A stretch of 62,678 nucleotides of DNA, filler included, from Globobulimina sp. (GCA_003354225.1; 39 parts of 39 records of this genome joined end to end with filler, not necessarily neighbours in it); one strand, 5' to 3'. Positions 1 through 11,177 are shown, numbered from the whole stretch's first letter. Notes: generated by a model not told the origin, from the letters alone. Numbers and translations: made by a program.

Positions 1-760
1 TTTTTTACAACCTTTTGAAAATTTCGTTCTTTTTTGCGTCAAATTTGGTTAAAAAAACGTTGTTTTTTTACAACCTTTTGAAAATTTCGTACTTATTTTC
101 ATCATAATTGGTCCAACGAAACGTCAAATTTTGAAAATTCGTCAAAACTTTTGAAAATTTAATCGTAAGCAGTTTGCTCAAGGAAAAAAAACCTTGCAAA
201 AAACGAGAGGCTACCTGGTTTTCAACCTCTAAGAAAATCACTTGGAAATCACTGGAAAATATGGCTAAGTCCCAGAACTCGAAAAAAGCACTAAGCTCTT
301 ACTTTGAACTTGGGTTTTCATTGCACGTCCCTACAGAGTGCATTGAACGTTGTATGCATGTTCAATGAACGTTCATTGAACTTAAGGAAATGCGAGAATC
401 CCGTGTTTGAAAAAAACACGCTTTTTGGTACCAGTGCAATGGTCATTTAACGGCCATTGCACTGGGTGCCTGGGTGCCATTTAACTTCTCAGTCTGATAA
501 ATACAATATTGAGAATACCTGAAAACTTTCAATTATTAGTCAAAATTAGTACATAGGTTCAGTGCAATGTACAGTGGGTGCTGTTTAAGTCACAACACTG
601 TACATCAGTTACAGTACAAGAGGTACAGTTAGAATAACTGTGCAATGTACAGTTTAAGTCACAACACTGTCAGTCCAGGATGTTGTGCACCATATGGTAA
701 CAGTTGCTATATTTGGTAAGTAATACCTTATATGGTAACATTGCAGTATTGTTACCTTAT
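1..760. repeat. Non-coding region rich in short direct repeats, palindromes and hairpins
   Basis: TTTTTTACAACCTTTTGAAAATTTCGT occurs twice (1, ~65). Perfect 22-bp palindrome at 360..381. Hairpin CCAGTGCAATGG/CCATTGCACTGG at 431..465. GTGCAATGTACAGT and TTTAAGTCACAACACTGT each occur twice (562..670). Confidence 0.7.
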
Positions 761-1001
761 ATGTGTATTACTCTACTTTTCCCACTCAGTAATGATAATT
801 TTCTATAAATTACGGTCGTTGCGTACGTACCTAATGGCTCACATACCGTAAACCCTGGGCGCTGTTTATAGCCTTTTGCATTGCGCGTTTTTGATTGATT
901 CGTTCCCCCCCTGCGGGATGGATTGATTTTTTTGTGTGATGTGATTGATTTAAATAAATAAAAATAAGATCGTGTCATGAAGAAAATATTCATTTGAGTT
1001 A

Positions 1002-1280
1002 ATGATGGATGAATTACCTGAATGCAAAGTCGTCATTTCGGGCGATGACAAAGTTGATGCAGAACAAGCATTGGCCGAACGTAGGTATTTGGAAGTGATG
1101 AGTGAAAAGATGGGATACGACATTAAAGATGGTGAAGATTTACTAAAAGGTATGCAGTCATTTCCTGGTCATAAAATAGTACATATGTATGTACACACAA
1201 CGTTTCTGCAGCATCCAGAAATAAAAATGTCATATATTTGGCACGATGGTTTGGCCAATAACCCAGGTTTTCGAAATTAA
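1002..1280 (+). CDS. Small hypothetical protein (92 aa)
   Basis: Clean ATG-to-TAA ORF with globular composition, AT-rich upstream region and AATAAA at ~1311. No family recognised. Confidence 0.5.
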   Translation: MMDELPECKVVISGDDKVDAEQALAERRYLEVMSEKMGYDIKDGEDLLKGMQSFPGHKIVHMYVHTTFLQHPEIKMSYIWHDGLANNPGFRN

Positions 1281-1511
1281 AACGGTTACTACCCTTCTAG
1301 TTAGTGATGAAATAAAGTGCATTTATTTTCAGGGACTGTTGGTCAGTCATCCAAAAGGGAAGTGGATACTGAATATTTGTGTGGCTCCATGAAAATCAAT
1401 TCAAGTTCAATGCCATCGGAATTTAATATTACTTGTCTCACCTCAACGACTGCCGGTATTTATTTTATTTCCTTTTTGGGGTTCATAGAAATACGTACCT
1501 AAGGTCCTAAC

Positions 1512-1611
1512 NNNNNNNNNNNNNNNNNNNNNNNNNNNNNNNNNNNNNNNNNNNNTTAATTAATTAANNNNNNNNNNNNNNNNNNNNNNNNNNNNNNNNN
1601 NNNNNNNNNNN
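1512..1611. other. Artificial contig-joining spacer N44-TTAATTAATTAA-N44 (first of 38)
   Basis: An identical 100-nt block starts at 1512, 3123, 4734, 6345, 7956, 9567, 11178, 12788, 14398, 16008, 17618, 19228, 20838, 22448, 24058, 25668, 27278, 28888, 30498, 32108, 33717, 35326, 36935, 38544, 40153, 41762, 43371, 44980, 46589, 48198, 49807, 51416, 53025, 54634, 56243, 57852, 59461 and 61070. The linker has stops in all six frames, and the intervening contigs step down 1511, 1510, 1509 bp. Confidence 0.99.
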
Positions 1612-1737
1612 GTTCCAAAAGCTCAAATTAACACAAGTGGTAATTAATCAACACCTGAAAATTAACATCTTGAAATCAACACCATGATCCAGCAATCTTC
1701 GATCAAATCCCCTGGATTTCATCTTAGCGGGGAGGGA

Positions 1738-2196
1738 TGTTGTAGAAACCCAACTGATCATAGTGTTGTGAAATGCCTCTACAGTACTCAGCCATTAGAA
1801 GATCTGCTCAAGACTTATCAGTTCATAATAACAACATATATTTGCATACTACACCCCATGCGCACTGCTACAACACCTTGCCAAGGAACTGGTTTTCTAA
1901 CACTCAAGGCTCAGCCCAGATCATTCAGTCTAGTAGCTTGTGGCCTATGTTATCTCTCAACATCCGCGCAGCCAAGGCAAGAAGAGCCAACCAAGACAAG
2001 ACCAAGAAGCCTTACTATACCGATCCTCTTCTCTTATATTATTATATTGTATTTCCCCTTTATTATTATATTTTATTGTTTATATTATGTCCTGTGATCG
2101 GTCCATCAAGTAAACCAACTTCCGTCCTTGTGTAGCAGCACTACATACCAGCTCAACAGCCTCACAACAACGAATCCACTCGATCATCCTACAACA
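1738..2196 (+). mobile_element. LTR (459 bp) of an LTR retrotransposon, probably Ty3/gypsy-like
   Basis: Termini TGTTGTAG...CTACAACA form a perfect 8-bp inverted repeat with TG..CA ends. Purine tract AGCGGGGAGGGA lies immediately 5' (1726..1737). PBS-like TGGTGGCAGC lies 1 nt 3' (2198..2207). Confidence 0.8.
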
Positions 2197-2209
2197 ATGG
2201 TGGCAGCTA

Positions 2210-3028
2210 ATGGGATCTCGGATTCACCAAGGACATCACAACAAAGACTCCATAATGAAGAAAAACTCATCACAACAAAGACCAATGAAGAAAAACTCGT
2301 CACAACAAAGACTCGTCACAACAAAGACCCAAGAAGAAAAGAAAGGTGGCGTTAGAAATAACGTCACCGAAGAAGAAATCGGCGTTCGTGGCTCAGCAAT
2401 TGGAGAAAAACTCGTCGGTCGTGATGCAGTTATGTCAAAAACGGCACGGGTCATGCCCAATTTTGCCCAGATAACCGACACTTGTGTACAGAGCGAAGAA
2501 GACCAAGTTCAAGAGGGAAAAGCAGCAAAAAGGCTACGGGTCATGCCCAAATTTTCCAAGATAACAAACACTTGTGAAAACGACGACGAAGGGCAACGAT
2601 TCATCACCAAAAGTCGACAGAAAATTGGTATACGAAAGAAGAGAGAAAACAACAAAATTCGGCTGAAAATGCGAAAATCAACAGTCCATAAACGACTCCA
2701 TAGAACCGGCGACAAAAAGATCAAAAATCGACCGAAAAAGAAGAAAGAAAACGCCAACCGATGGCTATGGAAAGCCGAAAACCGAAAGCAAGTATGTACC
2801 AAGAAAAGGAGACAGTCAAAAAGACAACAACAGCCATGGAAAGTCGGCCGAAAACAAAGCCTGTATGTACTTAAAATCAATCAATGGCGACCGAGAAATG
2901 GCCAGAAAGTATGTACATGCGACGGTGATTTTCTATGCAAAGTGTCTACATGTATTGTTAATAAAAATCGATGTCAAACAAAGGCAGCTCGAAATTGGCA
3001 AGGAAACCTGTATATGCCTGCTGTGTAG
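2210..3028 (+). CDS. Lys/Arg-rich ORF inside the LTR element (possibly degenerate gag-like or non-coding)
   Basis: 272-aa ORF starting just after the PBS, with internal duplications (MKKNSSQQR x2; RVMPxFxxITxTC x2). No capsid, zinc-knuckle or protease motif recognised. Confidence 0.3.
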   Translation: MGSRIHQGHHNKDSIMKKNSSQQRPMKKNSSQQRLVTTKTQEEKKGGVRNNVTEEEIGVRGSAIGEKLVGRDAVMSKTARVMPNFAQITDTCVQSEEDQVQEGKAAKRLRVMPKFSKITNTCENDDEGQRFITKSRQKIGIRKKRENNKIRLKMRKSTVHKRLHRTGDKKIKNRPKKKKENANRWLWKAENRKQVCTKKRRQSKRQQQPWKVGRKQSLYVLKINQWRPRNGQKVCTCDGDFLCKVSTCIVNKNRCQTKAARNWQGNLYMPAV

Positions 3029-3222
3029 TGGAGAAAATTGTAAAACATGTATATGCGGTCAAGTCAATAAAGAAAAGAACGAAGGTAGCTGGATCGATTG
3101 GTCAAAGAGAGCACGTGCTAATNNNNNNNNNNNNNNNNNNNNNNNNNNNNNNNNNNNNNNNNNNNNTTAATTAATTAANNNNNNNNNNNNNNNNNNNNNN
3201 NNNNNNNNNNNNNNNNNNNNNN

Positions 3223-4733
3223 TCCCACACTCGATCCAACAAATGACCCAACTATTGATCCTACGGCAGATCCAACAAATGATCCAACATTCCATCCAAC
3301 CGAACCAACAACAGATCCCACAACAGATCCAACTGGAGATCCAACAGTGGACCCAACCAATGATCCGACAACAGATCCAACCACGGATCCAACTCAAATG
3401 CCAACGCCTCCCACTGCTGCTCCTACATATTCTCCATCTGTGTCACCTACGTTTGGTATGTGTGTTTTTTAAAACGATGCCAATATATGTTTCTGATATA
3501 TACTTACTTTGTGTATATATTATACATATACACAGCACCTTCATTAAGTCCTACATCACATCCAACATTCTCTGTAATTTGTAATTTCACCGCAAACGCA
3601 GCGCAAGAATGTCAATTTAGTGTGGATGATATGGTATATTGTTGTTCATATCTAGCTGCAAACAATCATCGTCTGAGCAATGTCAACCAAACATACGAAG
3701 AATCGTCATTGACACAAACAGATATTTTAAAATTAATTGCCAAAGTTCGTAATGTGCAGGGCTTTATGTTGTTGATTGATTCCATGTTAATAATCAGTAT
3801 AATTGGGGTAATAATATATTTTTTGCATCACAAACGTTTCAATAAACAACAACTTTCATTAATTGCCTCTGCCATATTATCATTTAGTACATTCATGGAT
3901 ATGCTTTTAACATTCAGTTCCATTGGAATTATTAATGAAAACAAGTTGATTGAGCAAATGGATAAATTATATAACTACGAGTGTTATACTGATGACTCAT
4001 TGGATAACATTGTAAATATCGAAGCTTCATTTAGTCAGATATTAACATTTGATGGTTTAGGAGTTACAGCTGACATTATTGGATTAGTTGGTTTATTTTG
4101 TATGCTCTATCATCAACACCGAAATCCTACTGCAGATAACAAAAAATTAACCAATATTGCTCAACTAGTCCACTGTATATTATTTTCATTGAAATGTACA
4201 TTTACATTTGTTAATCTGTTCTCTTTTGCGTTGCCGACACATTTAAGTTTTATGCGTGTGTATAACAATGATTCATTATGTTATCATGCGATAAACGGAG
4301 AAAATTTCGATATTAAAAATCATCAATCAGTGGCAAATGGAGTAGGTATCACATTCACCATCATAGGAATTGCTTTATTCGTAGTAATTTGTGTTGTTTA
4401 TATTACTGTTTCTGATGACAATGAATATAATAATGATAAACCTGGGATGGATAATAAAAATAAACAAGGAATAGAGCTTCCAAATAGTAGTACTCGTAAA
4501 AAAATGAGTCAATGGTCGAATCAGGACTTGTTAGATTGGGTACGTTTATATTGTTATTTTTTTGTTTTGTGAATGTCTGATGACATAAACGTACAGATAC
4601 AAAGTATGCATTTGGAAAAACATTGGAAAGATATATTATTGACAGACATCAGACAAAAGAAATTGACAGCAAATGACTTTGGATTATTGGAAAGTGCGGA
4701 AGATGTTAGTGATCAATTTCAAATCCAAAATGA
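3223..4733 (+). CDS. Partial multi-pass membrane protein with PTxDPT mucin-like stalk and C-terminal SAM-like domain
   Basis: PTxDPT repeats at 3223..3450. GT-AG introns at ~3455..3535 and ~4540..4596. About five hydrophobic segments. C-terminal MSQWSNQDLLDW-IQSMHL...KLTANDFGLL resembles a SAM domain. Confidence 0.75.
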
Positions 4734-5346
4734 NNNNNNNNNNNNNNNNNNNNNNNNNNNNNNNNNNNNNNNNNNNNTTAATTAATTAANNNNNNNNNNN
4801 NNNNNNNNNNNNNNNNNNNNNNNNNNNNNNNNNCGCCTACTATGAAGCCGACGAGATTTATATATTCAATCCATGAGCAAGTTAATGCGACCAATGGCGA
4901 GGAGGATGTTGATGCCATTGGACCTATGGCGGGGAATGAGATTGTTAGTGGCCTTCAATTGTTGTGGATTTCAAACTAAGCTTTTTTTTTTTGCTTGTTT
5001 CTTGTGTTGATAATTATTTTTTTTGTATGAATATTGTTTAACATATATTTAACCGTTTGTAAAATATTTTTTAAAGCGCGAACAAGAGATCTTGCTAGTT
5101 TCGTCAAGATCTAGAATACGAAATAACAAGAATATGTAACCAAGCTGAAAACCTGGTTCAGTTTGAGTACCCTATGAGTAGAGCACATACTGAGCTCAGG
5201 TATTGTTCTTTATGTATGTCTATACCTAATAGAAGAATTAGAAAAAATTCGACGGTGCTCTGGATTCATTCTTTTAGTCTTATTGATCTTGGATTGTGTC
5301 TTGTATTGGTATTATACGTATTCTTGTTTTCAGGAAATTATCAATA

Positions 5347-5451
5347 CAGTGAGCCATCTTGTATTGTCCAGTGGACAATATAAGATGAAATATTTTTTCA
5401 TCCTGATTTATTGGACAATACAAGAAGTGGACAATACAAGATGACCTACTG
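5347..5451. mobile_element. 105-bp MITE, Tc1/mariner-pogo type
   Basis: TA|CAGTGAGCCATCTTGTATTGTCCA...TGGACAATACAAGATGACCTACTG|TA: 24-bp terminal inverted repeats with 21/24 matches, CAGT ends, and TA on both sides. Confidence 0.75.
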
Positions 5452-5549
5452 TAAAGCAAATCAAGCAATTTTCCTGTTTCAAGTTAATGTCAACCTGAAA
5501 CGTTTTCGTGAAAATATACTACCTGAAGTTCGCGCTAGGCACTAGTCTA

Positions 5550-6344
5550 ATGATGTCAGCATTTACTTTAGGTTGCATTGTTTTGGCCTTTTTAATATCT
5601 GTATGCATTTCTAAAGGTATGCATATGCCGTAGCACATAGCTATAGTTTCCTTGTAAATTAAATTGCAATTTGTAATACACAATATACAGATATCGCAAG
5701 TATCAATATCACAACCGATAGTAACGGCGCTTCAGGTTCACCTGGAACTGTAACAATTTCATTATGGTTTAATTTTACAATATATGAATGCGTTGTTTTT
5801 CCAAAATTAATCAACACAGAATATTCATGTAATTCTGGTGAAATGACAGTATTTGGTTCATACTGTGACTCAGTCGCTGCAAAAGTATTAATTGATAACT
5901 CAGCATCACCCAATGCTGTTATAATAACAAATATTTCTTTCACAACAGACAATGGTGTTACATACGGGGTAGACAATGTTTGTATCGATAATAATGTATC
6001 AAAAGGTTTAGGTTATGCCAGTTTTGTAATAAATGATAATGAATGCAATACAAATTATTTACATTATTCTGCTGTTTGCGTTGATAATGAGGGGGCAACG
6101 GGTGCCGACAGCTGCGGTCCTAGCAAACAATTGCTATACTTTAATATGAGCAGACCCAATGCGTTTATAACAAATGCATTATGGAGTGATGGCAGCAATG
6201 TTGTAATTTTAGCAAATACATGTAATCCAACTACCTATCTACCTACATTTGAGCCCACATTTATACCTACATTTGAGCCCACATTTATACCTACATTTGA
6301 GCCCACATTTATACCTACATTTGAGCCCACATTTATACCTACAT
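5550..6344 (+). CDS. Secreted Cys-rich protein with PTFE/PTFI stalk (3' partial)
   Basis: Signal-peptide exon MMSAFTLGCIVLAFLISVCISK. Intron 5617..5690 splices in frame to the 5843 ORF. Confidence 0.8.
6241..6344 (+). repeat. 24-bp coding tandem repeat (ACCTACATTTGAGCCCACATTTAT, more than 4 copies)
   Basis: Perfect repeats encoding PTFEPTFI. The contig ends inside the array. Confidence 0.95.
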
Positions 6345-6444
6345 NNNNNNNNNNNNNNNNNNNNNNNNNNNNNNNNNNNNNNNNNNNNTTAATTAATTAA
6401 NNNNNNNNNNNNNNNNNNNNNNNNNNNNNNNNNNNNNNNNNNNN

Positions 6445-7668
6445 AATCGTTTACGTTATTTATAGAATATTTTTATGGGATGGATCCAGAAATTACTGCT
6501 TCAAATATTGGCATATTATCATATTTAGCTGAAAAATATTTAGTTTCTGGATTGCAAGCTTGCTGTGGCTTATTTTTAAGCGAATCAATATCCATTGATA
6601 ATATTGTCGCTGTTCTTGAATCTCTACATAAGCATCATCAGAATGTTAAGTTATACACCATTCAATGCATGTTTTTCTATGTAACTTGCAAATGCACAGA
6701 AATTATTTGAAAATTGCAAAGTTTGGATGAATGACCAATCATCGTCAGATGCAATCATTAATATGTTTAAATCTGATGCATTTATGAATACTCATTCTGT
6801 TATAGTCTGTATATTATTAGCTGGATTTGGTCAGGTTATCGATGCGAAAATATTATGGGAATGCACTGTTCGTTGGAGTGAAACCAAAGGAACTGAGAAA
6901 AATAAAGATGAAATTGATGATAATAAAGATGATGAAAAGAGCGAGGAAGATGGACAGAATCCGACAAAAAATAAATTAGTATCCATTCGACAACATTTTC
7001 CATTTTATCGCTTGCCAATTGAGGTTATTTGTAATCAGGTATTACCATTAAATATATTGACCAAGGAAATGGGACTGGAAGTATTAACTCATAAAACTTA
7101 CGGATGTCAACATCAATTGGCTCAATATTGTGTATCGCATAAATCATTATGTTTTCCCAAAATTGAGATGCAATCTTTTCAATTTGGTAAAAATAAAGAA
7201 AAACATGCAATAGAAACAAAATCGCCATTTGAATATACTGTATCATATACAAACAACGGTGTCATATTTTTTGCCAATGTCCCAATGAAAAGTAATGAAA
7301 AATGGTCATGGCAAATTTTTTACAACAAGAAAGTGTCGAATAATACTGAATTGTTTGGCATTGATTCAATTGATAACACTGCACGTCCTGGTCAATCAAG
7401 TAAGAATTCTTGGTCTGTATATGTTGATGCAAATCATATATTGCCATTTGCCAATAGCAGTCAGCGTCCAGAACGTAAACCAGGTGTAAAAAGTGGAGAT
7501 TTGTTGAGACTGGAATTTGACGGACCATGCGCACAACTTCGATTTTATCTAAATGGAAAAGCAGTGTATTGTTTGAATCAAGTAAAAAGTGATCAAGCGC
7601 TATACCCAAGTTTCTATCTTGGGACTACTGACACAATTTTTACTGTAAGGAACTTTCGAAAATTTTGA
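6445..7668 (+). CDS. BTB/BACK plus SPRY domain protein (5' partial)
   Basis: BTB end (FYG..EITASNIGILSYLAEKYLVSGLQACC), short intron ~6645..6699, BACK-like segment, and SPRY-like VKSGDLLRLEFD...LRFYLNGK...LYPSF. Confidence 0.8.
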
Positions 7669-8055
7669 CAAAATACAAGCCAGATTATTTTCCTTGTTGT
7701 AATACATAACATTGAATATGTATCATTTTTTGTGCTTTGAAACAAATTGTAATTGGGGTAATGGTTTGATATCAGCTAAAACCATTTGCAACGATGCATC
7801 AATTCCATTAAATCCTTTATTATTCATTACATTATCTGAATAAAAATCATTCCACCAATTTTCATTCAATATTTTGCATTGCAACGACTTCTTTCGTTTT
7901 ATTTGACAAAATTCCAAAAAGTGTTTAAAATTCCACTGTTTCTTTTTTTGTGAATNNNNNNNNNNNNNNNNNNNNNNNNNNNNNNNNNNNNNNNNNNNNT
8001 TAATTAATTAANNNNNNNNNNNNNNNNNNNNNNNNNNNNNNNNNNNNNNNNNNNN

Positions 8056-8368
8056 CAATTGCGCTATGGATGACATTCACATTGCTCATCGAGTTGGAAA
8101 CTATCGATATAAGGCACATTGCCAATAGAATATGGAACACCACACAGCTCAAACCGTAAAAATAATATACTTGCGACGACCAATACAATTCGTTGTAATG
8201 GCCACCAATGTAATAACTTATCCAGAGAGGTATCAGAACCGCAGTGCATGAAAAACAGAGACAACCAATTTGTTTCATAAATGTCCATACTGTCTCGCAG
8301 TCGCTTGTCACAGGGGAATGCTCATAATAATATCCATAATTCCCGCTGATTACGGAAAACGAAGGCAT
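8056..8368 (-). CDS. Hypothetical membrane protein (3' partial)
   Basis: ATG at 8368, two hydrophobic helices, open to the contig edge. Confidence 0.55.
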
Positions 8369-8471
8369 CGTGAACGCAAAACGGTAAAAATACTGGATAC
8401 AAAGTTATAAAGAAAACAATAAAAAAGTTTACAATAAAAACGTTGTGCAAAAAAAGAAACACGTTTACTGT

Positions 8472-9566
8472 TCAGTTCTGTGGTATTAATTGTAACTGTC
8501 CGATTCTCTCCGACAATAACTCCTCCACATATTGCCAAACTTGCAGTGTAGTATGCGTCGAATTTGCCGCATTCTGCGCAGTGCCATGCAAATGCACAAA
8601 TAACTTATTCCCAGGCTGTACAAAAAACGATGCCATACTCCCCGCCTGGATCATAATCTCTTGCATCATGTCCGAATCGTTCAATTTCCTGATTTGAGTG
8701 GCATTTAATTGATACTGCCTCATCAACTCATTCCCTTTTCGTTTCCGCTTTGGCGGCGGTGCCGGTAACTTAACTTTGCTCGCTTGCGGTTGCAGCTTTT
8801 TTTGCTTTTCCGAGCCATTGCAACTTTTCATCTCATTGTCCTCCACTTTGGAATTTATTTTTTTATCGCCATTTTTTATTTTGGCAAAATTCCGATAAGT
8901 CCGCGATTTGTATTTGTTCCTTTCTGCATATTTCTCCACCGTACCACGTCGATGGTCCTTATACATAACATCTTCCTCCTCCGACACATCACTGACACAG
9001 TCACTGATCGTCTCCAATAGTTCGGGCTGCGGCGTATGTGTATAATCGCTGTGATTTGTTAATTGTTTGAAGAGCTCTGACGGCGGATCCGTCAATGTCA
9101 TGTCCTCAGCGGTTGAGGCATTATAATTGCCTGTGTCAGTACGCATTATTTCAGTCGATTCATTGGAATTGTTGTCCTCGTCCGGTAAATAAGGCGTATT
9201 ATCCGCTAAATATTGCAATTCCTCCATAGAACCCACTGCATCGCGCAACCTCCCAACAATATGTTCATTTATGTCACTCGCAGTATCGTTGTCATTGTCA
9301 CTCACAGTGCCGGAGACTGACTGTTTTATCACAATCGGAGAACGTTTCTGTGTTTCTATAGTATTAATAGTGGATAAATGAGGAGCATCGTTGTTATTAT
9401 TCTGGCTATTCACATGGTTATATGTTGTTTGTTGAACATCCATTTCGTCATTGTCAAAGACGCCAAAATCAACATTGAATGAGTCAGAAATACCTGAATT
9501 GGACATGGATACCTTTCGTCTTTTTCTGTTGACTGTCAAAGTGTGTTTACGGCCGCGGTTATTCAT
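8472..9566 (-). CDS. Hypothetical low-complexity, probably nuclear protein (364 aa)
   Basis: Long ORF with NLS-like RKRRK and PKRKRK motifs. No family recognised. Confidence 0.7.
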   Translation of the reverse strand: MNNRGRKHTLTVNRKRRKVSMSNSGISDSFNVDFGVFDNDEMDVQQTTYNHVNSQNNNNDAPHLSTINTIETQKRSPIVIKQSVSGTVSDNDNDTASDINEHIVGRLRDAVGSMEELQYLADNTPYLPDEDNNSNESTEIMRTDTGNYNASTAEDMTLTDPPSELFKQLTNHSDYTHTPQPELLETISDCVSDVSEEEDVMYKDHRRGTVEKYAERNKYKSRTYRNFAKIKNGDKKINSKVEDNEMKSCNGSEKQKKLQPQASKVKLPAPPPKRKRKGNELMRQYQLNATQIRKLNDSDMMQEIMIQAGSMASFFVQPGNKLFVHLHGTAQNAANSTHTTLQVWQYVEELLSERIGQLQLIPQN

Positions 9567-9845
9567 NNNNNNNNNNNNNNNNNNNNNNNNNNNNNNNNNN
9601 NNNNNNNNNNTTAATTAATTAANNNNNNNNNNNNNNNNNNNNNNNNNNNNNNNNNNNNNNNNNNNNTGTACTGGTACTGTACTGTGGTCTAGACATAGTT
9701 CACTCGGATTTCAATGATTCAAAAGGTTGCTACTTGTCACTCAAAAATTTTTTGAAGATTTAATTATTTAAGGCACGAATTACAAAACGTGAAAGGCTAT
9801 TTAGTGTGGAATGTCTATACATGGCTTTGTTTACAACTCAAACTG

Positions 9846-10892
9846 TCAAACAAATGGGATGCCGATAATTGTTTTCTTTTGGTATTGTTTATATTCATCA
9901 CCGAAAAAATTAATTAATTGTTCTTCTTCATAACTGTAAAAAGAGTAACCTCGATCTAAAACAATAGCAAATATATCAATATATCAACATAAACGTAACG
10001 GTATTCGATCCGCAAAAAACCGCCAAGAAGCATAGGTATACAAAACAGTCGAGATTGGATTTGCTAACAATAATTGACTACCAATGGACCAATAAAAAAA
10101 TCCAAAATACGAAGGATGTCGAAATATCCGATAGATTCCATGTTTTATTAATGTATGTTCTTTTTTTTTATAAATTGCAATTTGATGCGTAAAATTTTTG
10201 CCCGCTGTGCATTGAGCAATGGTTCTGATCATTTGTCCACATATTACCATCCCCAAACCAATCATATGTATGTTATTTATTCTTTTTATATCTCTAAACA
10301 AAATATATTGTGTCCAATATTCAACAACGGAGATAACCAAAGCAATATGAAACTCGTTGCTATGGTCATATAACATAAATGAACTAAAACTAACATCTTT
10401 TGGATGGAACAGTGCCGCCCACAAATATTCCATGGTATAAAATACACACGAATTGAATACGAATAATGACATTGGACTGATATTGATATTTGATTGTTTA
10501 TTTGCATGCATTTCCATTATAGATTTTGTTATATTTAAAGCTGATATTCCCACAGCAATACCAATGGCGTAGCCACCCAACATGTTCTTTGCTAAACCTT
10601 TTGATGAAGTAAATTGTAAATTGGATGGTATTCCAAAGATTGTGGTTGAAGTATGCAGCACATTTCGACTTTGGATTGCATTTTGATGTAATTTATTAGC
10701 AGAGAGCTAGCTATATGTACCTAATATATTTTTATCATCTGCATCTGTTACATGTTGTAATATGGAAACAATTAAATCTGTAACAAGCCAGATAGAACCG
10801 ACACATATTATTATTTTTTTGTTTGTATTTTTAGGATCAGAGACCCATATTTTTGCGTTTGTTAACGATATTTTATTTTGAATCAGTTCCAT
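9846..10892 (-). CDS. ICMT: Protein-S-isoprenylcysteine O-methyltransferase (Ste14/ICMT)
   Basis: Motifs AGKNFTHQI, HTLIKHGIYRIFRHPSYFGFFYWSIGSQLLLANP and RFFADRIP. Spliced last exon YEEEQLINFFGDEYKQYQKKTIIGIPFV*. The first exon (10892..~10720) is less certain. Confidence 0.93.
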
Positions 10893-10928
10893 GATTAAAA
10901 CTTTGAAAACAATCTTTTATTTAAAAAC

Positions 10929-11177
10929 ATGACAGATCTACAGCCTGACGACAACAAATCAATTGAAAATGAACAACACGAACACGAACTAAAAGATAGC
11001 ATAGAAAGTAAGAATATCAATAATGAGCCAAACAATGATGATTGTATGTCATTTGTCATTTGTTGTTCATATTATTTAGAGATGTTGTAAAATAACAGCA
11101 AATATAACGAATAATGAAGCTGACAAAAAAATGGAGGACGAAATAAAAAACGAACAGAAACAAATTGAGCTAGAAAT
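10929..11177 (+). CDS. 5' end of an acidic hypothetical protein, divergent from ICMT
   Basis: MTDLQPDDNKSIENEQHEHELK..., GTATGT intron at ~11044, continues to the contig end. Confidence 0.55.

Noticed and set aside
2236-2880. Hydrophobic minus-strand ORFs resembling membrane proteins
   Set aside because: Antisense of an A-rich, Lys/Arg-coding strand gives Phe/Leu-rich frames automatically.
3167-3584. VGS-, WIC- and IQ-repeat ORFs
   Set aside because: Alternative frames of the PTxDPT repeat exon.
8369-8474. TGA readthrough or selenocysteine joining ORF 8472..9566 to ORF 8056..8368 through a GTAAAC..CAG intron
   Set aside because: The phase fits, but other genes here use TGA as stop and TGG for Trp. 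Two separate closely packed genes explain it more simply.
9910-9919. Internal TTAATTAATT resembling the linker
   Set aside because: No flanking Ns. It is natural coding sequence (QLIN) in the last ICMT exon.
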